Position numbers and translations under genes: made by a program. Of a stretch of 25,913 nucleotides of DNA, positions 25,502-25,913 are shown piece after piece. Under the pieces are notes generated by a model. It had not been told where the DNA came from. It saw only the letters and a program-made list of their open reading frames with translations, and ran no database searches. The DNA is from a virus (Duplodnaviria; Caudoviricetes), in the IMG/VR virus record IMGVR_UViG_3300037483_000503, positions 1 to 25,913 of that record; one strand, given 5' to 3'. The first letter of the stretch is position 1, and every line of letters begins with the position of its first letter.

Positions 25502-25693
25502 TTACGCGGACCATTCATCGTCGGTAGATCCCTCTGCCACAACGTCTAGCCCGGCTTGGACTAACGCGCGATACGCTCTAGCTACACTAAGTCCTTTGGT
25601 CATAGCCAGTAATCTAACGCATCGGTCAATATCCTCGGCGATCGTAAAGCTAACGCCTACTTTTTTCGTATCCGGGTCTAAGTACTTATCCAT
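25502..25693 (-). CDS. Ribbon-helix-helix (CopG/Arc-like) protein
   Basis: KKVGVSFTI (beta strand), EDIDRCVRLLA (helix), GLSVARAYRALVQAGL (helix); RBS AAGGAG. Confidence 0.65.
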   Translation of the reverse strand: MDKYLDPDTKKVGVSFTIAEDIDRCVRLLAMTKGLSVARAYRALVQAGLDVVAEGSTDDEWSA

Positions 25694-25913
25694 TGTCTGA
25701 CTCCTTACCGAGGTTTCGCATTAGGGTTAAAAGCTTATCGGCAAAGCACCTAAGCGTCGATTGTCTGACGGCGTTAGCGGCGGCGTAGGCGGCGTTGGCG
25801 TTAGCGGCGGCGGCGGCGTTGGCGTTAGCGGCGGCGTAGGCGGCGGCGTTGGCAGCGGCGGCGGTGGCGTGGGCGGCGCGGGCGGCGGTGGCGTGGGCGG
25901 CGCGGGCGGCGGC
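25686..25913 (-). CDS. C-terminal end of an Ala-rich repeat phage protein (5' truncated; missing from the ORF track)
   Basis: Open frame from the window edge: AAARAAHATAARAAHATAAAANAAAYAAANANAAAAANANAAYAAANAVRQSTLRCFADKLLTLMRNLGKESDNG*. Overlaps the RHH start by 8 nt. Confidence 0.7.
   Translation of the reverse strand, partial: AAARAAHATAARAAHATAAAANAAAYAAANANAAAAANANAAYAAANAVRQSTLRCFADKLLTLMRNLGKESDNG
25770..25913 (-). repeat. GCC-rich imperfect tandem repeat (poly-Ala with interspersed codons)
   Basis: Units GCCGCCCGCGCCGCCCACGCCACC x2, TACGCCGCCGCTAACGCC x2 and GCCGCCGCTAACGCCAACGCCGCC x2 on the - strand. Confidence 0.9.

Noticed and set aside
1-25913. Stop-codon reassignment or tRNA genes
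   Set aside because: Genes tile densely under the standard code with TAG, TGA and TAA all used as stops, and no intergenic gap shows a cloverleaf.

Overview
This is a ~26 kb fragment of a tailed dsDNA phage (Caudoviricetes, siphovirus-like, probably with a Gram-negative host). The + strand (1-3532) carries the end of an APSE-like replication module: a truncated DUF2800 nuclease, a DUF2815 ssDNA-binding protein and a family A DNA polymerase. The - strand (25913 to 3434) carries a nearly complete late region: small regulators, terminase small and large subunits, portal, two morphogenesis paralogs, scaffold, P22-like major capsid protein, decoration protein, adaptor, tail terminator, tail tube, tail chaperone with a -1 frameshift, tape measure protein, Dit, hub, fibre, membrane/holin genes and a GH108 endolysin. 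Three things stand out. (1) A four-enzyme cassette (NodS-like methyltransferase, NodB/CE4-type deacetylase, GT2, GT-B glycosyltransferase) sits between the capsid and neck genes and is translationally coupled to the neck gene; it is a candidate system for making a deacetylated, N-methylated virion glycan. (2) The major capsid protein has a ~39-aa signal-peptide/lipobox-like leader. (3) One ~95-aa domain is inserted in three different tail proteins. All family assignments come from motif recognition by eye; no database search was run.
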